Positions 24,188 to 35,613 of a stretch of 64,000 bases of DNA are shown here, one piece after another. The notes below the pieces were generated by a model, which worked only from the letters and a program-made list of their open reading frames with translations, did not search any database and was not told the origin of the DNA. Origin of the DNA: Lama glama (taxonomy: Eukaryota); NCBI GenBank assembly GCA_028534125.1, contig CM052817.1, positions 84,260,001 to 84,324,000 on the forward strand, written 5' to 3'. The position numbers were made by a program, and so were the translations under genes. How positions within the stretch are numbered: position 1 is the stretch's first letter; every line of letters starts with the position of its first letter.

Positions 24188-26239
24188 AAAGGACTGTCCG
24201 CTGGCTGGCATGCTTTGTTCATCCTCATACTATGCTCACCAGCTTCCTGCTCTCCGAAAAGCTTTCCTTAGAACTTGTGCATGTGCTCAGACTATGTCCC
24301 AAACACATGGCAAGGCACTAATATTAATGGCCATTTCTAAAAGCAAAGAAGGGATTCCCAAAATATAATTAAGCCTTCATTACCTATTATTTTTATCCAA
24401 AGTGAAGAAAAAAAGGTTATGAAAAGGCACAAAAGGTATAAAACTAAAAAAACAGGGAAAAAAATTTCTGGCTTATTTGAAAGGTGGTTTGTAAAATTAA
24501 GTGTTCCAAGTGTGCAAACAGGGAAGAAACTACAGAGGCCTCCACTCCAGGAAGCACAGTTTGAAGGGGACCATGAGGCTGGGGCTTCAGAAATCATCTT
24601 TATACATCCCACAGTATAGAGATGGTGTTAAGACGCTAAATAGCATTTCCATTCAAGGGCCATAGGAAGAAGCTAGTGCACGAGGAAAATGCCCTGAATA
24701 GTACAGGTCTTAGCACATTTAAAAAGAAAAGAAAAGCAAGGCTCCAGAAGATAAAACTCACCTGCCCCCAAAGCAAATTACCTTAGAGTTAATTCATTGA
24801 TTAATATGTTTGTGAAACATTTTCTGAGTGCATACAGTAGCCCCCAACACTGTAGTCAGACACTGCCCTTGGCTCAAGCAAAACAAAGAAAAGAAAGGCC
24901 ACTCCAACCCTCAAGGAGCTTATTGTGTGGTGGGGATAAACCAGTGATCGCAGTGCTTTCTGGCGACCACTTTGGTAAATGATGCTTTGGAAGCATAGAA
25001 GAGGAACAGGTAAATTACACTGTGCGCTCAGAGACAGCTTCCTGTAAAAAATGACCTGAGTTTCAAAGGATAAGTAAGAGTTAGCTAGCCAGAGAATGAA
25101 GGAGAGGATGTGACAGTTTGCACTTAAGGGCAGATGAGGAAGCTCAGCGGTGGAAGGCACCGTTGGCAGTGCCTTGGCTCCTCCACGGGCCCAGCACGTG
25201 TAGAACAGGTCTACCATGGTTCTAGATTTCCCTGGGTAACCCTGACCCTTCAGGTCTGGTGACACCACGTCTGCCTTTTATTCCACTAGTCCGAGAACTT
25301 GCTGTTGGCGGTGGCTTGCTACAATTGTTGCTCCCCTCTGTTTGCCTCACCATCCTGTGACCTCATAGCTCTTCCATCATCTGTGTAATCCATTCATTGT
25401 AGGAAAGTTCAACAATATCATTTCTGATTGGAAATTGCAGTTACCTGTGAATGGCTGGGGTGAAGGCTATGTGAGGGGAGAGGAGCAAATAAAACAAGAG
25501 AAGTAGGGAGTTAGTTAGGTGCTAAGCGGAAGGCAACAGGGAGCCATTGAAGGATTAAGCAGGGATCTGATTGGCATTAGTAAGATCTTCTTGGTAGCAA
25601 TGCAGAGAATGGGTTTACTGGGGTTGGCCACACACAGATTAGCAGTTAAAAAAAATCTAGGAAACTGTTTCAGTAGCCTGGTAAAGGATGAAACTGGCAT
25701 GAACTGGATAGAAGTTCTCAAATGTTTTGGTCTCAGGAGCCCTTTATATTCTTGAAAATTATCAAAGGCTCCAAGACAGCTGCCTTAGTTCTCCACAGCA
25801 CATGCAGACACAACACAGTGATAGAAAAAAGATGATCTGTTGATGAATGTTTCTGTTTATGAGCCAGGATAACTTTCCTCAAACATCCCTCAGCTGACTC
25901 TCTTCCAGTGCTTAAGCTAGTCACTGAAAAGAGGAGACAGGGAAGCATCATGTTTGGTTTAAACCAGTCATGATTCATTCTCTGGGACCAGGGTTGGGGC
26001 TGGATCCATCCTCCTCTTGAAGCTTATTGGGGCACCTACTAGCAAGGAAGGGTAAGTGCTGTTAGGTCGGCAGTCACTGGTAGCAGTCATAGGACTCATC
26101 AGTGTAGAAGTCATCAGCTGGAGTCCCGTGTCTACTGGTGATTAACCAGAGAGGTGATGATCTGAGGACCAGACTCTAAGGAATACTGACATTTAAGGAA
26201 TGAGCAAAGGAAAAGGAATCTCTGAAACTCTGGGGCAGG

Positions 26240-26465
26240 AGATAGAATGGTTAGGAGCGTGCGGCTCTCAGACTGCTGGAGTGGGGCACCATGAATGTCA
26301 TTAGCGGTCTGATCTTGAGAGAATCACTTAGATTTTCTAAACCCAAGTTTTCTCATCTATAAAATGGCGAAAATAATTATACCTATTTCATTAGTGCTGT
26401 TAAGAGGGAGGATTAAATACAGTAATTGTGTAGTTGGCATAAAACCCTTAATAAATGAGGGCTAC
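26240..26465 (+). mobile_element. MIR SINE
   Basis: TGGTTAGGAGCGTGCGGCTCT...AGTTTTCTCATCTATAAAATGG...ATAAATG. Confidence 0.75.
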
Positions 26466-27679
26466 TGTGTTATTGTGTATTGTGTTAATAGTGTTAGTAT
26501 TAATGAGGATCTGCTTCAGAGATGAAAAGATAATCAGAAGTAACAGACGCCAGGAGAAAATTTTTTAAATACTTCCAATGATAAATACTGAAAAGAAGCT
26601 GATTCATATAAGGAACGTCATGAGGTACGTAAGGGTTGTCCTGTTCACATTTTTCACAACTACTATTGGCTTATATGAAACTAGCTGTCAGCCTAACCCA
26701 CAAGATGTTTGTACACAAACTCCAGCCAAACTAGGTCTCTGTCTTTCTGTACCTGTGTAACTGATTGCAGGATTTCGTTTATGTATTACATTGTATCTAA
26801 CCCTTGGTTTTAGTCCAGTGTTCTAGGCTGACAAGATTAATTTGAAACTTTGATCTATCATGCTTACATTAGATGGCATTCCCATTGTTAATGCCATCTG
26901 CATATTTGATGTGTATATGTTATATATTTTTTTCTATTTTATTGTAACAGTTGAGGGTAAGAATATTTAAAAGGGAAATTGCTTTTCTCTAGGTTCATTC
27001 AGTTTCCTCATCTGTAAAATGAGTATAATTATATCTGTTTTCACATAGGGTTGTGATAAGTAAGCAAATACCTGAACATGCCTGGTACTGTGTGTAGCAC
27101 AAAGGTGTTCCTAAATCCTTCCTTGTTCCCTCCTGTCTTCCTCCCTATAGCCCTCCTTTTTCTTTCTTTTTAAATTTCTTTAAAACATTGCTTAAACATA
27201 TCGCCTTGCTTATAAAGAGAAACTACATGTAGAATAGGACAATGTTTTGAAATCCAATTGGCTGGAAGAGAGTAAACTGAATTTCATGCTTTGAATTGGT
27301 GGCATCTCCCTAAAGGGAGGATAACGGCATAAATATACTTCTGTCTCCTTTTCTCATGATCCCCAAATCCCTACCCACACACTCTACCTCCCATCACCTT
27401 TTTCCACAACCCCTCTAGCCCCTCAAAGCAGATCATAGTCACTTCACTGTTGATAGAAATATATTCATTGAGTATCTACAATGTACACAGCATCAGGTGA
27501 GGGCTGAAGTTAAGATACTAGAAGCCAAAAACAACCTCTTTGCCTTTTAGGACCTAATGAACTTCAGTATCTGGGTTTAATCCCCTCAGGCTAAAGCCTC
27601 TCCATTTGCCTGTAAGTCAAGAAAGAAAGAAGACCCCGTGTGGACTTCTGCCCTCCCTCCCAGGTATATTTTATACATG

Positions 27680-29480
27680 TTAAATATTTATTAAACCTTC
27701 ATTATGTGCCAGGCATGATTATAAATACTAAGGTGAGGTCCCTGTTCTCGTGGGATTTATAGTCATGGGGAGGTGGGTGGGGAGAACAGACAAACACACA
27801 GAAAAATGCATGAACATGATGTTATTAGACATAAAAGTAATACAGAGCATTTAAACAAGTGACATGCTATAGTGTGGCTCCTCTAGGTTGGGTGGGCAGG
27901 AAAAGCCCCTCTGAGCAGGTGACATTTCAGCTGAGACCTGAATCACAGGAAAGAACCAGTTACACTAAGATCTAAAGAACATTCCAGGCAGAAGAAACAC
28001 TAGTACAAAGTCCCCGAGGTAGGGATAAAATCGCTGTGTTCACAGGGCTGAAAGGAGGCCGGTGTGGCTGGATTACAGCACCCCAGGGGGAGAGTGGTGT
28101 GAGATAAAGTGAGAGAGCCATGGGTCAGGTCACTCTGGCAGGGCCTTCCAAACCTGGAGGCCTGTTGGAATGTCCTGGGGGCGCTTTAAAAGCTATGTGG
28201 AGCCCTCCTCCAGAGGTTCTGATTCACTTGATCTGAGGTAGAGCCCAGGCAGTGAAAGTTCCCAGGGAATTCCTGCGTGCAGCAGGGTTGATGTCTGGGT
28301 CTCACCAGCCATGGTAGGGAGCTTGTATTTTCTCCTAAGTGGGTTGGGAAGGTACTAAAAGATATTAAGCAGAGGAGTGATGGGTTTTGAGTAAGTTATT
28401 TAGAAGATCCCTCTAGCTGCTACATGGAGAATGGATGGTTGTGGCTCAAGAGAGGAAGCTGGTGATTATTGTCTTTTTGTGGACATATGCTTTCATTTCT
28501 CCTGGGTAAATACCTAGGAATGGAATTGCTGGAAACAACCCAAATGTCTCTCAAAAGTTGAATGGATAAACAAATTGTGATATGTTTGTACAATAAAATA
28601 CCACTCAGCAATAAAAATAAAGAACTACTGATGCATGCAATAACGTGGATGAATCTCAAAACCATTATGTTGAACAAAATCAGGCAGACACAAAACAGTA
28701 TATACTATACTGATCCTCTTAAGAGGTTTAAGAAAAGGTAAAACTAATCTATGGTGATAGTAATCAGAAGTGGCTGCCTCTTGAGGGTAGAGACTGACTG
28801 GAAGGGGGTTACTCGGGAATTTATGAGGGTAATGGAAATGTACTACATCTTGACTACATGAGTATATGCGTTTATCAATACTCATTGAATTGTACACCTA
28901 AGATCTGTACATTTCACTATATATGAATTTTATCTTAATTGAAAAAGGACTACTAAACACCTCCTAGAATGGCTTTTAAAAAAACAATAGCAGGTGCTGG
29001 GAGTGCAAAATGGAAAACAGTTTGGTAGTTTCAGGTAAAATTAAACAGGCACTTACTATATGATTCAGCAATCTCACATCTAGGCATTTACCCAAGAGAA
29101 ATAAAATGTGTCACACAAGCACCTGTGTGAATGTTTAAAGAGAGAAGCAACAGGGATTATAGTTAGAAGGCGATTTGCAGTGTCCTGGTGAATGATGGTG
29201 GCTTAGTCCAGGCTGAGGAGATGGAGATGAAAGAATGGACATGGAAGGAGATGGGCTATGGAGATGAAGTGAAGTCAACAACGTCAGGATATGTTCTCCA
29301 GGCAGAGTCTAAGGGGACACGGTAGTTGATTGAGAAGAAGAGAAGAATCAAGGATGGCTCTTTCCTTGACGGAGCTGTGGAAGCCTGGGGAAATCCTAGG
29401 CTAGGAGAGAGGACAACTGAGAGCTCCTTTTCAGCCACGTTATGTCTAGGATGTTTATTAGGCTTCATGGACATTTTAGT
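27680..29480 (-). mobile_element. L2 LINE fragment interrupted by a MER5-like element (~28140-28295) and L1M pieces (~28470-29140)
   Basis: TATTTATTAAACC..TATGTGCCAGGCA start; GGTGACATTTCAGCTGAGACCTGAA, AACATTCCAGGCAGA and AAGCAGAGGAGTGA L2 motifs. Confidence 0.7.
28470..28945 (+). mobile_element. L1MB/ME-like 3' end with a short inverted 5' segment
   Basis: 28470-28530 is antisense ORF2-end sequence. 28531 onward is sense (GGAAACAACCCAAATGTC...AAACCATTATGTTGAAC). Confidence 0.75.
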
Positions 29481-29832
29481 GGTGGATTTCTAGAAAAGAT
29501 GCTTTCATCTTTTATTGTTCAAATATAGACTCTCAATCTGGCCAATGGGAGGATGCTGTGGTGATAGGTAGCAGTACAATGCAGTTCCTTGAAGTCGTGA
29601 CAGAGTAAGGAACAGGTTTATGAGAAGCAGAATTAGATAGACTTTAATGTTTCTTTATAATTGTGGACCCAACAGATAGAAAGAATAGGAAACAAAAATT
29701 CAAGATGAGATGAAACAATAAATAGTTTAATCCAAGCAAATGTTGTAGTGACCTGAGTAGAATTAACCAGGCTTGAAAATTAGATAATAATACGATTTGG
29801 ATTTAGGGATATGGGCTAATATGACCATTTCT

Positions 29833-31816
29833 GATTAGTTATCTATTGCTATATAACAAATTACCCCCCAAATTTATAGTAACAACAATATAAAGGTTTG
29901 TTATCTCATTCAGTTTCTGTGGGCCAGAGTTTGGGAGCAACTCAGTGGGTTTTATTTTTTGAGCAGGAAGGGACTGCTTAGTTTTTGGTTTTGTTTTTAA
30001 TATTTTTAAGGTTTAAAAAGTGTTAAAAGTGTTAATTCCCAGTAGGAGAACAATATCTGAATGGATACCCTAAAGGCAAACCACTATAAAATATTTGCAT
30101 GTGGGGCAGAGGGGTAGTGATTATCTTCAAAGCACCTCAGCTGTCTTCAGGAGAAGGTCAGAGGTACACTGGTTTGTATTATTGGGACATCCATGAGGAT
30201 GTTGCCTTTCCTTCAGCATGGTCTTGATTTGTCAGAAGGACATTACATTTGACCTTCAAATTTGGCCGACAATTTACTGATGAGATTCAAAACATTCAGG
30301 TTACTGTGACATTTCGACATATTTGCCAGGTTCTGGGTCACGTCCTGAAAGACCACCATAACTTCTGGATCTTGCCTGGCTGTAAGGACCTCTGGGTCAC
30401 TAAGAATTTCATTGAGCCCAGGCATTCCTGCCATTCCAGGCATTCCCTTTCCCATTCCAGGCATTCCTCCAGGAAAATTACCATGCTTTGCCCCAGGAAA
30501 GCCACCTGGAAAGCGGCCTACTGAGCTCCAGATAGTCTCAGGCTTCTGCCTCGCTCTGGGCTCTCCATTGTTCTTCCAAACCCTTCTTAACCCTTTCTGT
30601 TCTTTCTTAGATCTCTCGCTCCTCACAGTTTCACTTATACTCTCTCTCCGACATTCAGCAATTTTCCAGATTTTGGTTGAACTTCCAGCATTGCACTACC
30701 ATCTTCATCATAATCCAGTTTACAAGCAAGGGCAACATCATGGGCTGCTTCTTCCCAATGGCCCAGAAGTCTGTGTGCTTTCCCTCCCCACCTGTAAGGC
30801 TGAGCTGAATTAGGATTTATTTCAATATCTCTGTCCCAGTCCCGGATGGAAGCATCTGGATTCTGTAATTTGGTGAAGACACTGGCTCTCTCGGCATACA
30901 GAATGGCCAAGCGAGGATTCAGCTTGATGACTATGTGAACAAGTCAATGGCTTTCTGTAGTTCACCATCACTTAGGGCACCAGTGGCAGCCACATTTTTA
31001 TCACCTGCGTGATCCAGCATATCCTCAGTTACCTCTACATTTTCATTCCCTGTTTGTTGAGGGACATCAGTGTCTGGTTCAATTACACCTTCAAATTCCA
31101 GATCACTTGCCTCTCCGAATGATTCGTCTGTCTTCAGGTTTTCCTCTGCCTTCTCACTGTTTGCTTTTCCTTCCTTGGTGTGTTCTGATTTAGTTTATGA
31201 GTGGCAGGTAATATTTCACCCCCACCACCTTCCCCACCTTGCTCTCTGCCCACTCCCTCAGGAAGTGCATTTCCTTGGTGTGCAGGATGCTGGGATCCTG
31301 TTCACATATTTTCACAAAGGCTTGAAATTCACTCACTTCTCTGGGGTCCATGGTCTGGAAGCTGAGCCTGGCTTCCAGGCTCGCCGCTACCTCAGAGACC
31401 ACGTAGAAGGGTGGGGCTGCTTAGTTTTCAGTTGAGGTCTCTTATGAAGTTGCTAAGTTTTGGTCAGGGCTACATTATCTGAAGGGTGACTGGGGCTAAA
31501 GGATCTGTGTCCTAGATGGGTGATTCACATGCATGGCAAGTTAACGCTGGCTGTTGGTAGGACTCAACTACTAATCTACTCACATAGATTATTCCCTGGG
31601 TGCATGAGTAGCTGTTCCTCCACAACAAACAATCCAAGAGTATGCAAGGTAGAAGAAGCAATGTCTTTTATGACCTAGCTTCAGAAGTCACTCTTCATCA
31701 TTTCCAGAATATCCTACTGGTTACAGGTCAGCCTCATTTAGAGCAGAAGTGTCTACCCAGGGGACTGACTTACAGGAGGGGAGAATCATTGGAGGCCTTT
31801 TAGGAGGCTGGTGTCA
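29833..31816 (-). mobile_element. MaLR LTR (MLT1H/I-like) split by the ST13 retrocopy
   Basis: Left part ATTAGTTATCTATTGCTATATAACAAATTACCC...TTTCTGTGGGCCAG. Resumes after 31428 with TGACTGGGGCT..GGATCT, TATGACCTAGCTTCAGAAGTCAC, TAGGAGGCTGG. Confidence 0.75.
29986..31412 (-). pseudogene. ST13: Processed pseudogene of ST13 (Hsc70-interacting protein, Hip); former CDS 31351 (ATG) to 30243 (TAA)
   Basis: Frameshifted ORF pieces give [25 protein letters not shown] (N-terminus), [11 protein letters not shown]...[28 protein letters not shown] (TPR), GGMPGM repeats and LSDPEVL...[12 protein letters not shown] (STI1/DP). Intronless, with 5' and 3' UTR and a degenerate poly(A). 16-bp TSD GGG[A/G]CTGCTTAGTTTT at 29970-29985 and 31413-31428. 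Confidence 0.97.
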
Positions 31817-34739
31817 ACTCCCTCTTTAAGTTTTGGAGTTTATGACATATTTAGAATATAAAGGGACTCTGTGGTAGTGATGTTATGAGAAAAATTCCTC
31901 TAGATATTTGTGGCTCCAGATCTCATATGCAAATCAACCAGCTTCAGAAGATACACTCAAAAGAACATGAGAAAATAAACTTTTTTAAAGCATTTTTTTA
32001 ACATTGGGAAAGTTTACAATTAAATATAGAAATATTTAAAAAATCAAACACATTGTATTAGTATTTTTTTGTAAAGGAATCAGTATATTTAGTATTTTAC
32101 ATATTTATAATGTTTAAGAGAATATGACCTATTAGGATAACATATTATATGTGTAATGCTTATTTAAAATGTGGAACTAAGTAATTGATTTACATTTTTT
32201 ATTTTAAGTGGAATTTTTTCAAATATAAATGCAATATTAAACATTTAAAAGAACTTAAAATTAATGTATTTATAAGATTAATTTATTAGATATATATGAA
32301 TCACTTGAGTACATGGAAAGTGTTTTTTGGTTTTTTGTTTGTTTTTGTTTGTTGTTTTGGTTTGACAACTGAAGAACTTGAAAAAATGACTATATTAAAT
32401 TTATAAGGCATTTAAAATATTTAAAGTAGGTTAATTAAGTAAATTTGTAAATGTGATCAAACATTAATCAAAAGTCCCCTCAGGAGGGATTGTTTACAGT
32501 TCCCTGTATCTAAAAAGTTTTATAAACTTACAAGCTTACAGAAAAATCACCCTGGGTTCTGATTTTGTAAAGTCAAATATTAATTTTTCAAAACCAAAGT
32601 AACTTTTGAATAATATTCCTATGCACAAAAGTCGACCTTGAGTACATAGATGCACTTGGATGGCAGGTGGAGAAGAAAGAAGAGATTTTGGCTGATGGGT
32701 CAAGCCCTGCCTGTATAAGTTTGGGCCTGACTCTTGCTCCTGCCTGATGGCTGAGCTGGTCCACAGGGATGGCTGAGGCTGCCAGGGCCAGAGGGTGGGG
32801 GAAGGGGGCAGGGAGCCAGATTTCTGCCTGGGTCGTCTGTCCCTGCCTCCCACCACCTTAATCTCACTGTGCTCTGTGCATGTAATAAGTGCGGCACTGG
32901 TCTTAATACCAATTCACAGCATGATTCTTGCTCTCTCCAAAGAAGCTGAGCACATGGTATAATGGTCTTTATTAACTTACTCTTTTATTGTCCAAGGGAC
33001 TTCTAGCTGACCTGCAGGACTAATTGTGGCTGTTATTAAGCAAAAAGTACAGTAAAAAATATCAGAGGGTTCTGGACATAAAAGCTGCAAATTCACCATA
33101 TAGTAGTAATATGATTTATTGATATTAAACAAAAATATAGCCAAACATTGATGAATATGGGGTAGGAGAGTCTCACATTTAGCTTTTGGTTGTAATACTG
33201 AAATTTTAAATTTACTATGACTGGTCTTATGCCTGAACCCCCTACCTAGCTGAGTTGTGGGCAGGAGTGCTCTTAAATTTCCCATTAAATGTATTTTGTG
33301 TCTTCCATCAAAATTCAACTCCCAGTTCGTGCTCTTTGCCTGGCATGGCATCTAGGTGCCTGAGGAGAGCCTCAGAAGTCCGGTCCTGAGTGCCAGAGCC
33401 AGGGGCCTCATTGACACAGGGGGGCCTGCTCTTCAAAATGGGGCCTGCCCAGTGCCTGGCCCTGCTGCCCCTCGGGTGGGTTTCAGCATCCACTGCTGCT
33501 GATGAGCTGCCACAACCGCACTTAGTCCCAGCATCTCCCTGGAGGCCTCCTCTTCCCTATCCAGACCCTGCCCTTCCAGCCATCCAGTGCACACCTTCCA
33601 CACAGCGCCTCCCAGGCGCTGCGCTGCTGCCTCCACCCTCCACCACTCCTGGCACTGTCAGTGGCCAGCCTGCCTAGCCAGGGGTTTCCAGCTGATCAAC
33701 AGTACTCTAAGGCTTTGCTTTCCTAATAGGGGATGCAGACTGTTTATAGGCTCTTGACTTGACAAAACCTACCCGAATTTTCCCTCCCCAACTTCATCTT
33801 CCTGCCTTGGCTGTAAAACGTGCTCCGTCTGTGGTCCCTTAGCATTTTTCTGTTTAACACAGGCAAAAGGCCCTCTGCTCATCTGCTCTTGCCATTCCTG
33901 ACATCCCAGCCGCACTCCTCCCGTGCTGGGGCTTGGGCAGTGTGCCCAGCCCGCACTTTTCCTACCTCTGTCTTCCCTCTCCTTCCCATAATCCTCACAG
34001 CCTGGCAGTAGGGATGTCTTTTCTCTGGACACTAAGCACCAAGGCACACATGTGATGGCCGAGGAGGGGTCTTCACTTTATTATGCAACAAGGTGTGCTC
34101 TGAGTCCATCATGTGAGTGGAGAATGATCAAAATTAGGTCATATACTGGGAGCAAAAATATGTTGGTGTTATATATGCACTTATATTTCAATTGAAACAA
34201 ACTTTACTTATTGTTAATTGGATATTTGAGAGGGTAGGAATGGGGAATTATATTTGACAACGAGGTACTGTCTTACTGGTATGTGCAAAATATTGAACCA
34301 TGTCTGTAAGGAACCAACACAACAGAGGAAGAGAAAAACGTTTACAAGTATCTTCAGTAGAAGCCAGAAGATGACAAATACTATAAAGGAACTTCCAACA
34401 GAGTACCACAGAAGCCTGCAGAGGAGTGGGAGGAATTCTGAATGGCTGGATCCAGAAGGCTTCAAGGAGCTGCTAAAACTTCTGAGGCCTGGTCATGGTC
34501 TATTGGCAGAGATTAACATATTTTATAGAAAAGGTGATGTTGAAGCTAAACTTTCAAAGTCATGTGCGATTTCAACAAGCAGAGACAGAATAAGCGAAAA
34601 AGGGATTTCCAGAAAAGGGGAAGCATGAATTTCAAGGACACAAATGGTTCCTTTCCCTTTCTCCTCCCAGGTCTACTTTACCCACGTGGTTTCTATAAAA
34701 ATCGTCTTCTTGGTACCATATGGTCACATGGTTTTTGTA

Positions 34740-35160
34740 AGAATCATCATCTGACCACATAATATTGATTGATGTTGGGGAATCCTGACTCAACAGGCCT
34801 CTCGGTTCTTTCTTGGGAATTTGGAATTGAAGCTAAGAAAAAAAGTAATCAGTTTCTCTTGGTTATCAGAAGTTAAACTTTGAACCTTGAGAAATGTAGG
34901 AAGAGAGACAAAATGAGATAGAAAAAAAGGAAGAGTGAGAAGAAGAAAAAGAAATGAAGCTGATACAGAGGGAAAACAGCGTCACAGAGCAAGAACTCTG
35001 GTGACCTTTGTGTCTCTGATTTTGGATGTTCCTGAGGCTCAGCTGTATTTCTGTTCTTGGGGTCCCTGAAATATAGTGGTATTTCTGTGGTAAATTTCTT
35101 CCTCCTTGAGCTAAACTGAGTTTTCTGGATGTTGTTTTTGTTGTTGTTTCTTGGTAACCA
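34740..35160 (+). mobile_element. Old MaLR LTR fragment (MLT1K/L-like)
   Basis: TTGGGAATTTGGAATTGAAGCT...AAATTTCTTCCT..TTGAGCTAAACTGAGTTTTCT...TTGGTAACCA; degenerate. Confidence 0.45.
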
Positions 35161-35162
35161 AC

Positions 35163-35613
35163 TGTGTTAGCTTCCTTGGACCGCTGAAACAAGTTGTCAC
35201 AAACCTGATGGCTTAAAACAACAATCTATTCTTTCACAGTTCTGGAAGGTGTAAGTCCCCAGTCAAGGTGTCAGTCGTGCTGTGCTCCTGCTAAAGGTTC
35301 CAGGGAAGAATGCTTCCTTGACTCTTCCTAGCTTCTGGTGGCTACGGGCAACCCTTGGCATTCCCTGGCTTATAGCTGCATCACTCTCATTTCTGCCTCC
35401 CTCTTCACATGGGCATCTTTTCTCTGTGTGTCTCTCTGTGTCTTCATATGGCCTTCTCATAAGGACACCAGTCCCTAGATTTAGGGCCCTTACTAATCTA
35501 GCAAGATCGCATCGTAACTAATTATATCTGCAAAGACTCTATCTCATAACAAGGTTACAAGGCGAGGTTCCAGGTAGACATGAATTCTGGGGGACACTAT
35601 TCAACCCAGTATA
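35163..35613 (-). mobile_element. MaLR solo LTR (MLT1C-like)
   Basis: TGTGTTAGCTTCC...GGCTTAAAACAACAA..TCACAGTTCTGGA...CTTCTGGTGGCT...GGGGGACACTATTCAACCCAGTATA. Confidence 0.9.

Noticed and set aside
26870..26900. AGATGGCATT/AATGCCATCT hairpin as a miRNA precursor
   Set aside because: The stem is only 10 bp and lies in probable CR1/L3-like decayed sequence.
30243..31402. Functional ST13 gene
   Set aside because: The CDS is broken across at least three frames, is intronless and is flanked by TSDs.
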